The notes below the pieces were generated by a model. The model ran no database searches and was not told the DNA's origin. It saw only the letters and a list, made by a program, of their open reading frames with translations. Of a stretch of DNA of 64,000 nucleotides, positions 30,073-38,828 are shown one piece after another (position 1 is the stretch's first letter; each line of letters starts with the position of its first letter). Position numbers and translations under genes: made by a program. This DNA comes from an uncultured delta proteobacterium (GTDB taxonomy: Bacteria; Desulfobacterota; Binatia; Binatales; Binataceae). The DNA is taken from positions 1 through 64,000 of the forward strand of contig CAVXXK010000006.1 in NCBI GenBank assembly GCA_963765675.1, given 5' to 3'.

Positions 30073-31635
30073 TCAATGGTCGCGCTGGGGTGATATTGCC
30101 GAGCCGAGTTGCTTGAAGTAACTGCGCAGGCGTTCCGGATCGCCGTTTTGATCGGCCAGCGCGATATAGCCGTCGGGCCGAATGAGATAGTTCGCGGAGC
30201 GCATTACGCCAGCCTGGTCCATCGCGGCGGTCCACGGGAAGACATGGATCGGCAGTGCGAGTGCGGCGCACGCTTCAGTAACGCCGCCGTGCGGTTCACC
30301 GTAAACGTGGAGCTGCCACGCCAGCGAAGTCAGCGGCGCGAAATTGTCTTGAGGACCGGTCTCTCCCGACGGCATCTGAATCCACGGGAGCCGATCGCCG
30401 CCTTGCAGAGTGCCGGCGACACCGGCGCTCAGCGGGCTTCCGCGATAGTTCAGAGCGATTTGCGAGATCGTCGGGAAGATGAAGCGGCGCGCCGCCGGGA
30501 TGCGCAACAGCATCGGGAGGAGAAAAGGAAAGAGCTTGGTGCGCGCTTGCGCGGCGATGAAGCCCGGCTGGGTCGCGAGCGTGAACAGGCGATCGGTGGT
30601 CGCGACCAACCGCCGGGCAAAGACGATGCGCTCGAGTTCGTAGCTGTCGAGGATTTTATCCGGGATGCGGCCGCTCAATACGGCGGCGAGCTTCCACGCC
30701 AGGTTGATAGCGTCGCCGATGCCGGTGTTCATCCCCTGGCCGCCTACTGGACTGTGAATGTGAGCCGCGTCGCCGAGCAGGAATGCGCGCGCGGCGCGAA
30801 AGCTCTGTGCAACACGGTGATGCACACGATACGTCGAGAACCAATTTATTTTTGAAACCGCGAGCTTCACCTGCCTGATCGCGTAATCGCTGACGTCGGC
30901 GAAGGTCAGCTCGTGGTCGCCGCGTCCCCGACGCTCGCCCACCAGGCCGACCAGGCGCACATGTCCCGTTCCCTTCATCGGAAAGATTGCGAGCAGGTCA
31001 GTCTTGTCCAGATCGACGTGGACTTCGTCATCGATCACGGGGCCGCTCGCCTCAACGTCGGCGACATAGAACAGGTGCGAGTAAGTTCCGCCCGGAAAAC
31101 CAGCGCCGATCGTCTCGCGTACGATCGAGCTCGCGCCGTCGCATCCCGCAAGATAGGCCGGCTGGCAAATTTCATCGGAACCGTCGGGACGTTTGAGCCT
31201 CGCTCGCACGCTACCGGGTTGCTGGTCGAAACTAACCAGCTCGGTCTTGCGCTCGACCGTGACGCCGAGGGTTTCCAGATGCTCGATCAGCAGCCGCTCG
31301 TGCGCGTCCTGCGCAAAATCGAGAAGGTAGGGAAAGGGAGTGAGACCAATGCCGAGTTCATGCAGAGGCACATGCGCGGCTTTGGTTCCTCGCGCCCAGA
31401 AGTTGACGCCTTTTACCTCTACTCCGCTGGCGACGGCGGTGTCGGCAATTCCTATCTGGCGGTAGAACTCGAGGGTGCGCGCCTGCACGCCGAGTGCGCG
31501 GGAGAAAGCTGCGGCGCCCGCGGTCTTGTCGATAATCCGCAGCCTGACGCCGAGCCTGGTAAGCCAAAGCGCGAGCACGAGCCCGGTGGGTCCGGCGCCC
31601 GCAATCAAAACCTGCGTGACTGGATTCTGATCCAT
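30073..31635 (-). CDS. FAD-dependent monooxygenase (PheA/TfdB, FAD_binding_3)
   Basis: IAGAGPTGL, GCDGASS and LLGDAAHIHSPVGGQGMNTGIGDA. True start is MDQNPVTQ. Confidence 0.92.
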   Translation of the reverse strand: MDQNPVTQVLIAGAGPTGLVLALWLTRLGVRLRIIDKTAGAAAFSRALGVQARTLEFYRQIGIADTAVASGVEVKGVNFWARGTKAAHVPLHELGIGLTPFPYLLDFAQDAHERLLIEHLETLGVTVERKTELVSFDQQPGSVRARLKRPDGSDEICQPAYLAGCDGASSIVRETIGAGFPGGTYSHLFYVADVEASGPVIDDEVHVDLDKTDLLAIFPMKGTGHVRLVGLVGERRGRGDHELTFADVSDYAIRQVKLAVSKINWFSTYRVHHRVAQSFRAARAFLLGDAAHIHSPVGGQGMNTGIGDAINLAWKLAAVLSGRIPDKILDSYELERIVFARRLVATTDRLFTLATQPGFIAAQARTKLFPFLLPMLLRIPAARRFIFPTISQIALNYRGSPLSAGVAGTLQGGDRLPWIQMPSGETGPQDNFAPLTSLAWQLHVYGEPHGGVTEACAALALPIHVFPWTAAMDQAGVMRSANYLIRPDGYIALADQNGDPERLRSYFKQLGSAISPQRDH

Positions 31636-31649
31636 CCCGCGATCATGCA

Positions 31650-32489
31650 CTACGGGAGCATTGAGAGCGACTCGCTTTCTTTGTCGGCGGGATAAAACGC
31701 TTCGATGTGCAGCTCCTGCAGGGTCACGTCTTCGGGCGCGGACAAGGTTGTGATCGTGCTGAACATCCGCGCGATTTTTCCGCTGGGCGTCCTGAGCTCG
31801 AACGACAGCATCAGCGCGGCGGGAGTTTCGAGGTCGGGCTCGCGCCAATTGGCGGGAACTCCGGGATAGGACAGGATCGCCGTAATGAGCTCCCGCATCG
31901 AGTTGTCGCGCGCCCATGCGGCGGCGCGGTAAGCCTGATTGAGCAGCGATTTCGCGATCGGTTCCCAATTGACGATCACTTTGCGGATCGCGTCCGGATC
32001 GAACAGCAGATGCAGCAGGTTCAGCCGCGGCTCGGCGGCGACCTTGAGCGGCAGGAATCCGGCAGGAGGCTCGCCCATCACGGCGGTCAGAAATCGTACG
32101 AACGCAGCGTTGCCCATCACGAGATTCCAGTGCCGATCGAATGCGAAGGCGCTGCGCGGCTCCTGCTGGCGCAGGATCATCTCGAGCGCGGCGCGCACGT
32201 GGTTCATCCGCGGATCGTCGAGGCTGGTCTCGCGATAGACCGGCGCGTAACCCGCCGCGAGCAACAGGATATTGCGCTCGCGCAACGGAACGTCGAGCAC
32301 GTTGGATAGCGTCAGCAGCATCTCGCGGCTGGGCGCGGCGCGGCCGGTTTCGAGAAAGCTGATATGACGGCTCGAGACTTCGGCCTCGAGCGCGAGATCG
32401 AGCTGGCTCAGGTGACGCGACTCGCGCCACCGGCGAAGCAGCGGTCCGGCGCCCGACTCGATTGCGGTCCCGTTCTGATGGGTATCCAT
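31650..32489 (-). CDS. XRE-family regulator with MmyB-like ligand-binding domain
   Basis: LLRRWRESRHLSQLDLALEAEVSSRHISFLETGR...LRERN...QELHIEAFYPAD. Confidence 0.9.
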   Translation of the reverse strand: MDTHQNGTAIESGAGPLLRRWRESRHLSQLDLALEAEVSSRHISFLETGRAAPSREMLLTLSNVLDVPLRERNILLLAAGYAPVYRETSLDDPRMNHVRAALEMILRQQEPRSAFAFDRHWNLVMGNAAFVRFLTAVMGEPPAGFLPLKVAAEPRLNLLHLLFDPDAIRKVIVNWEPIAKSLLNQAYRAAAWARDNSMRELITAILSYPGVPANWREPDLETPAALMLSFELRTPSGKIARMFSTITTLSAPEDVTLQELHIEAFYPADKESESLSMLP

Positions 32490-32524
32490 AGCTGAAACCG
32501 TACCAGCCGCGAGGTTATTGAGCC

Positions 32525-32541
32525 ATTACCTTGCAGGTAAT
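32525..32541. promoter_or_regulatory. Operator palindrome ATTAC-N7-GTAAT (site 1)
   Basis: ATTACCTTGCAGGTAAT upstream of the XRE gene. Confidence 0.75.
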
Positions 32542-32598
32542 CGAGTGCCGCGCGGCGGGAGATCGCGTCAGCCGGTCTCCCGCCGTTGGCAGACATGG

Positions 32599-32982
32599 CT
32601 AGCGCGACGGCGGCGGAGCGGGCGCTTCGTCGGTGAAGCCGATAACCGACTTGAAGCGGCCGTCGCTGCCGACGATACCGATATCGGTGCCGACGAAATG
32701 CAGCGGCGCCTCCTTGGTGCCGCCAGCCTCCCACTGGAAGCGGACGAACTCGTGATGCGCTTCGTCGGCGGACTTGAGGCGGAACTGGTACTCGACGCCG
32801 AAGGCCGCGTGCACCGTCGCCATCATCGCGGATACTCCGTCGTGGCCGGTGCCGGTGCGATGCGCGTCGACGTAGTTGCCGTCGTCGCTCCAGGTCTTGG
32901 CGACGAGCTCGCGGCGGCGGCGCGCGTCGCGTTCGTTCCACGCCGCGATGTAGGAAGTGATTAGTTCGTTGACGTTGCTCAT
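32599..32982 (-). CDS. SnoaL-like/NTF2-fold protein
   Basis: YIAAWNERD..RRRELVAKTWSDDGNYVD...VRFQW...GTD...VIGF. Confidence 0.85.
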   Translation of the reverse strand: MSNVNELITSYIAAWNERDARRRRELVAKTWSDDGNYVDAHRTGTGHDGVSAMMATVHAAFGVEYQFRLKSADEAHHEFVRFQWEAGGTKEAPLHFVGTDIGIVGSDGRFKSVIGFTDEAPAPPPSR

Positions 32983-33073
32983 GTTTGTACTCCTTCTCTG
33001 CGTTGCGCAATCGGACCAGCCGGCGCGATTGCGTGTTATGGTCATGATCTAGAAACGGTTCGCGCGCGCATCA

Positions 33074-33090
33074 ATTACGTGCGGGGTAAT
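33074..33090. promoter_or_regulatory. Operator palindrome ATTAC-N7-GTAAT (site 2)
   Basis: ATTACGTGCGGGGTAAT upstream of the SnoaL gene. Confidence 0.75.
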
Positions 33091-33232
33091 GCTCGCGCTT
33101 TTGTCGCGATGACTTGGGGTCGTACGAACTCGACCTAACCCTTGTTCCCTTCCCGCACGGGAAGGGAAACACGTCAACGCATGAGTTGCGCGACATCCAG
33201 TGCTTTCGCCTTAACGACATGACCGGCTGAGA

Positions 33233-34108
33233 TCAGCTCCGGGCGAACGCGATCAGATCGCGGCTCAGGCGCTCCATGTGCGTGAACATCAGGCCGTGCG
33301 GCGCGCCTTCATAGACCTTCAACTCGGCGCCGGGAATCAGCTTCGCGGTTCGGCGTCCCGTGAGATCGAGCGGAGTCGAGGCGTCCTTGTCGCCGTGGAT
33401 GACGAGCGTCGGAACCGAGATTTTCGGCAGCTCGGCGCGGAAGTCGGTCTCGCAGAAAGCGTGATTGCATCCGAGCGCCGCGACCAGTGAGCATTGGAGG
33501 CTCAGGCCGAGCACCCACGCCCTCATCGCGGGTGAGGTCTCGGGCACGAAGAACGGATCGGCGTTGTCGGCGAGCCATCGCGGAAAATCGGCGGCGAGCT
33601 GCGCGCGTGTCTGCTCGAACATCGCATTGGGAACGCCGTCGGGATTATCCGGCGTCTGCAGGACAAACGGCGTGGTCGGCGCAATCAGCACGATACGCGC
33701 AATCCGGCTGTGGCCGTGGCGCGAGAGGTAGCGCACGATCTCGCCGGCGGCCATCGAGTGTCCGACCAGCGTCGCGCCGCGCAGATCGCGATCGCTGATC
33801 ACGGCTGCGAGATCGTCAGCGAGCGTGTCGTAGTCGTAGCCGGTCGAGGGTTGGCCGGAGCGGCCGTGTCCGCGGCGGTCGTAGGCGACGCATCGAAAAC
33901 CCGCCGCCGCCATCGGCGCCATCTGGTACTGCCACATGTCGGCGTTGGCCGACCAGCTCGAAATGAAGACGACCGGCCGACCCTCGCCCCAATCCTTGAA
34001 GTAGAGCTGGGTGCCGTCGTCGGCGGTGACGAACGGCGAGTGCGGGGTGCGCGGCGCGATCGCGTCTGACTTGAGTGCGGGTTGTCTATCCATGATCGAG
34101 TCCTCCAT
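33233..34108 (-). CDS. Alpha/beta hydrolase (non-heme chloroperoxidase/arylesterase-like)
   Basis: YFKDWGEG, YDRRGHGRS, GHSMA, HGDKD and YEGAPHG. Confidence 0.92.
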   Translation of the reverse strand: MEDSIMDRQPALKSDAIAPRTPHSPFVTADDGTQLYFKDWGEGRPVVFISSWSANADMWQYQMAPMAAAGFRCVAYDRRGHGRSGQPSTGYDYDTLADDLAAVISDRDLRGATLVGHSMAAGEIVRYLSRHGHSRIARIVLIAPTTPFVLQTPDNPDGVPNAMFEQTRAQLAADFPRWLADNADPFFVPETSPAMRAWVLGLSLQCSLVAALGCNHAFCETDFRAELPKISVPTLVIHGDKDASTPLDLTGRRTAKLIPGAELKVYEGAPHGLMFTHMERLSRDLIAFARS

Positions 34109-34153
34109 CCGACGAGTGATGAATTGACAGTAGTCTTCGTGGCGATGGAGTCG

Positions 34154-34170
34154 ATTACTTCAGAGGTAAT
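34154..34170. promoter_or_regulatory. Operator palindrome ATTAC-N7-GTAAT (site 3)
   Basis: ATTACTTCAGAGGTAAT upstream of the hydrolase. Confidence 0.75.
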
Positions 34171-34206
34171 GCGCGGGTGATGCTCTAATCTGGACAAGGT
34201 GGGGCC

Positions 34207-35380
34207 TTGGGTTTTTGGAAATCGCGCAAATTTCGGTGGGTTCGTTTGGTATCTTTTCTAGTGGCTCAAAAAATAAACTCCTTGAAGACGCTGGCGAATT
34301 TGCCGAATGGGTTCGTTTTCGGCGTCTTTTTGGTACTCCGATATTTGGGCGCTCTGACGCCGCAAGAAAGAAAGACTAAACACAAAGACACCAAGGAAGA
34401 GGAAGACACTAAGACACGATTAAGATTCATTTCCGCGCGCGGCGCGCGGAAATGAATCAGGTCTTTGTGTCTTTGTGTCTTGGTGGTTGGATTGATGACT
34501 GCGCCTGATGCTTCCATGGGATCAGTTTTGCACGAAGTGGAATTGGGCATAAGGCTGAACAGTTCAGCCATGAACAAATCTGGCAAAAACCCGAACGATC
34601 GTTAGGGAGACGGCGATGGACTCGAAAAGCGTGGGATCGCAGGATAACGCCTGTGCCACATGGTCTTTCCGCAGATCGGCGGCGCGCGGAGACGGGCGCG
34701 TCCCGACGCACCCCTATGAAATGGACGCGTCATCGAATCGGTAATTGTAGGGTGAGTGAGTTCTTCCAGTGGCGGCCGGCGGCTCGCCGGCCGACGCGAA
34801 GCGTAATCGGATGCAGGATGGAAGCTCGCGGAGCAGCACCCTATCAAGAAAGTCACTGCGCCTCTGGCGCGATACGCGAAATGAACCTGGCTGCGGAGAA
34901 GGCCAAGAAAGACCGACCTAACCCCCGACCCCTTCCCGCGCGGGAAGGGGAGTCAGAAACCTAACCTCGATGACGACCTGGCACGCGCAGCGTCGCTAGC
35001 GGCGCCGGGAATTTGCCAGCCCACTCCAACCCTTGCGACCAGTGTGCCCCTTCCCGTGCGGGAAGGGGACAGGGGTTAGGTCGATTGCCTGAGAAGCGCC
35101 GCCCTAGGGCATCTTATTTTCATCCATCAAGGTGCGCGCAGCCCATCCCACCTCACCCAAGCGTCACGATGCTTGCGAAAAAAGCGCAAGCATCGCGCCG
35201 CGTCGCCCGCGTGCCAGTGGCACCTCCCGGAGGGCGAGGGTTTCCGGAAGGAGGCGCGACGATCATGTACGCGCGCGATGGTCGCCTGGCATAGACGGGC
35301 GCGTCTCGACGCGCCCTACGAATAGAATAGGTAATCGAATCTTTCTTCGTCGGGGGCGGCTCGCGAGCCGCCCGTCTTCC
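34207..35380. repeat. Non-coding mosaic of several short palindromic repeat families
   Basis: TGGGTTCGTTT x2; CACAAAGACAC-type inverted repeats; GTAG-type REPs; CCCTTCCCG..CGGGAAGGG hairpins; CCTCACCC...GAGGG element. Confidence 0.7.
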
Positions 35381-35407
35381 TACTCGCTGCAAGGAGAGGA
35401 ATCGAGA

Positions 35408-36211
35408 TCAGACGAAAGCGCTTTGTTTGCGTTTCGGGAATGCCATTTGGCGCATCCATTCGGGAGGGCCGTCCATGAATCCGATCGAGTTGAGATACAA
35501 CTCGCCACCGAGCAGGCGGCGCAGCAGCGGCGTTGCGCGATGCCATACTTCCTCGCGCACCGAGACAAGATGATTCTCCTGCACGCGCAGGAACGGCCGC
35601 ACGTAGTACGCGAACAGCGCGCGGCGCTGTCCGGCGCGGGTCACGTTGGCGCCGGTGCGATGCCACGTGTAGCCGTGCAGGATCGCGACCGAGCCGGCCG
35701 GAGCGATCAACGGGACGCAGGTGTAGGACATCTTCGGGTCGGGATTCGTCCGCATCCGATGCGACCCCGGAACGTATTCGGTGCCGCCATTTTCGAGCGT
35801 GAAATCGTCGAGAATCCAGATCGCGTTCGCCGACAGCGGCGCCTCCGGATGCGGCGGCGGCACGTAGCCGGAATCCGAATGCAGCAGCATCGGCTCGCCG
35901 CCCGGTCCGGTGGTGTTGGAGGAAAATCCCGAGAGGATAAAATCTCCGCTCAGGACCTGCTGCATTATCGCCATCACTTCGGGCTGCTGAACGGCCTGCT
36001 CGAACACCTCGCCCTTGTTGACGAGGTTAAAGATGCGCTGGTTGGCTCCTTCGGATTCGAGAAAGCCGACGCCCGCGGCGCGTTCGGCGGAATTGAGCGC
36101 ATCGATGCGGTCGCGCAGGCGCGCGAGCGTCTCGCGCGGAATGAAATCGCGTATCAGCGCGATACCGTCGCGCTCGAGGGTGGCGATAGTGTGGTTGAGA
36201 TCAAAATCCAT
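35408..36211 (-). CDS. Phytanoyl-CoA dioxygenase family (PhyH) Fe(II)/2OG oxygenase
   Basis: LHSD, IWILDDFTLENGGT..VPGSH and WHRTGAN. Confidence 0.9.
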   Translation of the reverse strand: MDFDLNHTIATLERDGIALIRDFIPRETLARLRDRIDALNSAERAAGVGFLESEGANQRIFNLVNKGEVFEQAVQQPEVMAIMQQVLSGDFILSGFSSNTTGPGGEPMLLHSDSGYVPPPHPEAPLSANAIWILDDFTLENGGTEYVPGSHRMRTNPDPKMSYTCVPLIAPAGSVAILHGYTWHRTGANVTRAGQRRALFAYYVRPFLRVQENHLVSVREEVWHRATPLLRRLLGGELYLNSIGFMDGPPEWMRQMAFPKRKQSAFV

Positions 36212-36372
36212 CGCGGAAGCAAACCTCCGTCGGTTCCTGCGGGAGCTCCCTGAACGATCGGTTAATTGTGCAACATTCGCGCTTACTATGACAATCAGGC
36301 GGCTGCTGTGCGCGAGGAAGCCCGGACGAGAGGGCACTGCATGAGGCGCGGACTCGGAGCATGGACGCCTCG

Positions 36373-36591
36373 GGATTCCTCGCCCAGGGCTCGGAATGAC
36401 GATCGTGGGCTCGGTTGAGACTACGATACTCGTGCACCAAGCCCAGGTTCGTCATTTCGACCAGCGGGAGAAATCCCGGGGCGTTCGTGCACTCACGCGC
36501 GAGTTGTGTAAACGCCAAGGGGCCGAGCACCGGATTTCCTTCGGCTTCGCTCAGGACGAGCTTTCGCGCGGTAGCCGCGTGCGGGAATGAC
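36373..36591 (-). repeat. Composite palindromic repeat, copy 3 (inverted)
   Basis: Reverse complement GTCATTCCCGCACGCGG...GTCCTGAGCGAAGCCGAAGGAA...GTCGAAATGAC...GAGTATCGTA... matches copy 1. Confidence 0.75.
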
Positions 36592-36603
36592 CTCGCAGAA
36601 ACG

Positions 36604-37146
36604 CTAGTGCGTCAGCAGCATGTAGATCGTTCCCGACAGGAGGACCAGGAGGCCGGGGTTTACGTGGCGCCAGAGGAGGATCGCGCCGACGCCAATCGCG
36701 ATGGCGAGGCCCAGCGGATTCATGTGCCCGGTGATCGGACTCACGATCGTCAGCCGCGCGATCGCGTAGGTGCCCGCGCACATCAGGCCGATCGCGACCG
36801 GCGCCATCCCGCGCTGCACGGAGAGGCGCCATGGCGAGCCCTCGAAATGGACCCATAGCCGGTTCGCGAACAGAGTCAGGATGCAGTCGGGCAGGAAAAA
36901 TGCGATGCCGACGACCGCGGCGCCGAGCGCGCCCATCAGCTTGTACCCGATCACCAGCACCATCAGCATGTTCGGGCCCGGCGCAACCTGTCCGAGGCTA
37001 TAGATGTCGCGGAATCCCTTGTCGGTCAGGCTGAACCAATGCACCGTCGCATGCTGCATTTCCGGCAACACCGCGGTTCCGCCCCCGACCGCGAGAATCC
37101 CGAGCATCGTGAAGACCAGGCCGAGCTTGAGCAGTTGGGTTCTCAT
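36604..37146 (-). CDS. Short-chain chromate transporter (CHR) subunit
   Basis: AVGGG and GQVAPGPN motifs. Confidence 0.88.
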   Translation of the reverse strand: MRTQLLKLGLVFTMLGILAVGGGTAVLPEMQHATVHWFSLTDKGFRDIYSLGQVAPGPNMLMVLVIGYKLMGALGAAVVGIAFFLPDCILTLFANRLWVHFEGSPWRLSVQRGMAPVAIGLMCAGTYAIARLTIVSPITGHMNPLGLAIAIGVGAILLWRHVNPGLLVLLSGTIYMLLTH

Positions 37147-37155
37147 CGATGCGTC

Positions 37156-37803
37156 CTAGTGCCGCAGGTTTCCATGGCGTGGTCCGCGATGAAACGGCAT
37201 GTGCAGCTCGGCGGTTTGTGCGAGCGATCCGCCGGAGCCCGGCCGATAAAGGAAAATTGCCAGCGGACCGAGGATCAGCAGCACCCACACCAGGGAGACC
37301 CTGAAAATCGAGACCGCAACGAAGGTGATCACGATAAGTGCAAGGTCGAGCGGTTTCGTAAACTGGCGGCGTCCGAGTTGCAAGGTCACGACCGAGAGCA
37401 TCCCAACCGCCGCGGCCGCAATACCGAGCAGGAACTGGTTGACGCGCGGATTATGCCCGCTGTTGGTCCACAGGACGCCCAGCGTCATCACGATTATCGC
37501 GCCGGGGACCATCAGGCCGATCACCGCGGCGAGAGCGCCGGGAATTCCACGCAGGTTGTCGCCGACGATCACGGCGATATTGACCGAATTCAGACCCGGC
37601 AGAGTCTCGGAGATCTCGAGGGTTGCGAGAAAATCCTCGTCGGTAAGCCACTGGGCTCCGCCGACGACGTACTCGCGCTCGTAGGCGACCACGCCGCCGC
37701 CAAAGCTGACCAGTCCCGCCATGAAGAACAGCTTGAACAGATCGAACAAGGAGGCCCGCTTGGCCGCGGGCGCGGATTCATTCGCGGTGTTTGACGGCGG
37801 CAT
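37156..37803 (-). CDS. Short-chain chromate transporter (CHR) subunit
   Basis: GLVSFGGG, WLTDEDF and ETLPGLNSVN motifs. Confidence 0.88.
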   Translation of the reverse strand: MPPSNTANESAPAAKRASLFDLFKLFFMAGLVSFGGGVVAYEREYVVGGAQWLTDEDFLATLEISETLPGLNSVNIAVIVGDNLRGIPGALAAVIGLMVPGAIIVMTLGVLWTNSGHNPRVNQFLLGIAAAAVGMLSVVTLQLGRRQFTKPLDLALIVITFVAVSIFRVSLVWVLLILGPLAIFLYRPGSGGSLAQTAELHMPFHRGPRHGNLRH

Positions 37804-38665
37804 TTCCCAATCCGTAAACCAGCGCGGTCTTGGTGGTGCCGCGTTCGATCCAGTCCGAGCATCGTTGCTGCAGGCCGAGGTAGAACTGCTCCGACAGTTC
37901 GCGCGGCTTCTTATGCATCGCCGCGGGCCGATCGAATTTAAGCTGAAACGCGAACTCGGCGACCAGCGGCTGGTCGCTATCGCGCACCCGCCAGACCGCG
38001 ACATTGCACTTGGCGGTAAGATGACCGCCGAAATCGAGCACGCCGAGCTCGAACAGGTACTCGGCAATCGAAGCGCCATGCACCGGCGCCATCGTGGCTT
38101 TGGGATTCGCGCCGATCGTCTCGAGCGCGGGAAACGCGTTCGAGATCAGCTCGACCTTCTGCGTGAGCAGGATATTGGGCGTATCGAGCTCGCAGTTATG
38201 CGAATAGACCAGGCGAATTCCGACCGAGTCATCCTTGGGCAGCAGGATCTCTTCCTTGAACTTGATCGTGTAGAGACACGGCAGGAGCGGGCGCACGTCA
38301 ACGGATGCGGCGGTGGTTTTGCTTGAATGGCGGAATTTCAGAACCAGCTCGTGATTGGATTCCGGCAGTCCGTGCTTGTAGAAAGTGCGTTTGCGCAGGA
38401 TAAAACCCGCGTTGTAGAGCTTGAAATGCGGGGTGTCGAAGAACACGACCTCGCGGATCTGCGGAGTCGGCTTTTCCTCTTCCTCCATCTTGCTCAGATG
38501 CGCGCCCAGGCTTTTGGCGGTGTGATGCGCGATCTTCCAGAACTTGTGAAACGACGCGGGCTTGTGGAACTTGTCCGCGCCGAGTAGCAGCTTGTATTCG
38601 CGGTACTTGATCTCGTCCGCCGGGATCGGCTCGTAGAGATTTTTGTGATTCGCCTGTGGGCTCAT
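37778..38665 (-). CDS. Hypothetical protein, CYTH/triphosphate-tunnel-like
   Basis: REYKLLL, FFDTPHFKLYNAGFILRKR, ELVLKFR and C-terminal TKT resemble CYTH motifs. Confidence 0.6.
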   Translation of the reverse strand: MSPQANHKNLYEPIPADEIKYREYKLLLGADKFHKPASFHKFWKIAHHTAKSLGAHLSKMEEEEKPTPQIREVVFFDTPHFKLYNAGFILRKRTFYKHGLPESNHELVLKFRHSSKTTAASVDVRPLLPCLYTIKFKEEILLPKDDSVGIRLVYSHNCELDTPNILLTQKVELISNAFPALETIGANPKATMAPVHGASIAEYLFELGVLDFGGHLTAKCNVAVWRVRDSDQPLVAEFAFQLKFDRPAAMHKKPRELSEQFYLGLQQRCSDWIERGTTKTALVYGLGNAAVKHRE

Positions 38666-38828
38666 CCGGGCTATTGTTCGGGCTCCCCTTCAGTAAGCGT
38701 CGTGAACAGTGACGCTTGACCCCATCGAAGTAACAGTCCCAGAGGCAATGGTCAATTGTTTGGCGGGTGTAGCAGGTTGCGCCGCGCCGCCGCTTGATTT
38801 AGGCGCCGGTTTCCCGCACTTACGAAGT

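Noticed and set aside
30073-32430. 785-aa ORF suggesting a monooxygenase fusion
   Set aside because: The N-terminal extension is an off-frame read-through of the XRE gene; the real protein starts at 31635.
34141-34190. GGCGATGGAGT start resembling a fluoride riboswitch
   Set aside because: Lacks the TCGCC pairing strand, lies opposite to the adjacent gene, and is explained by the operator palindrome.
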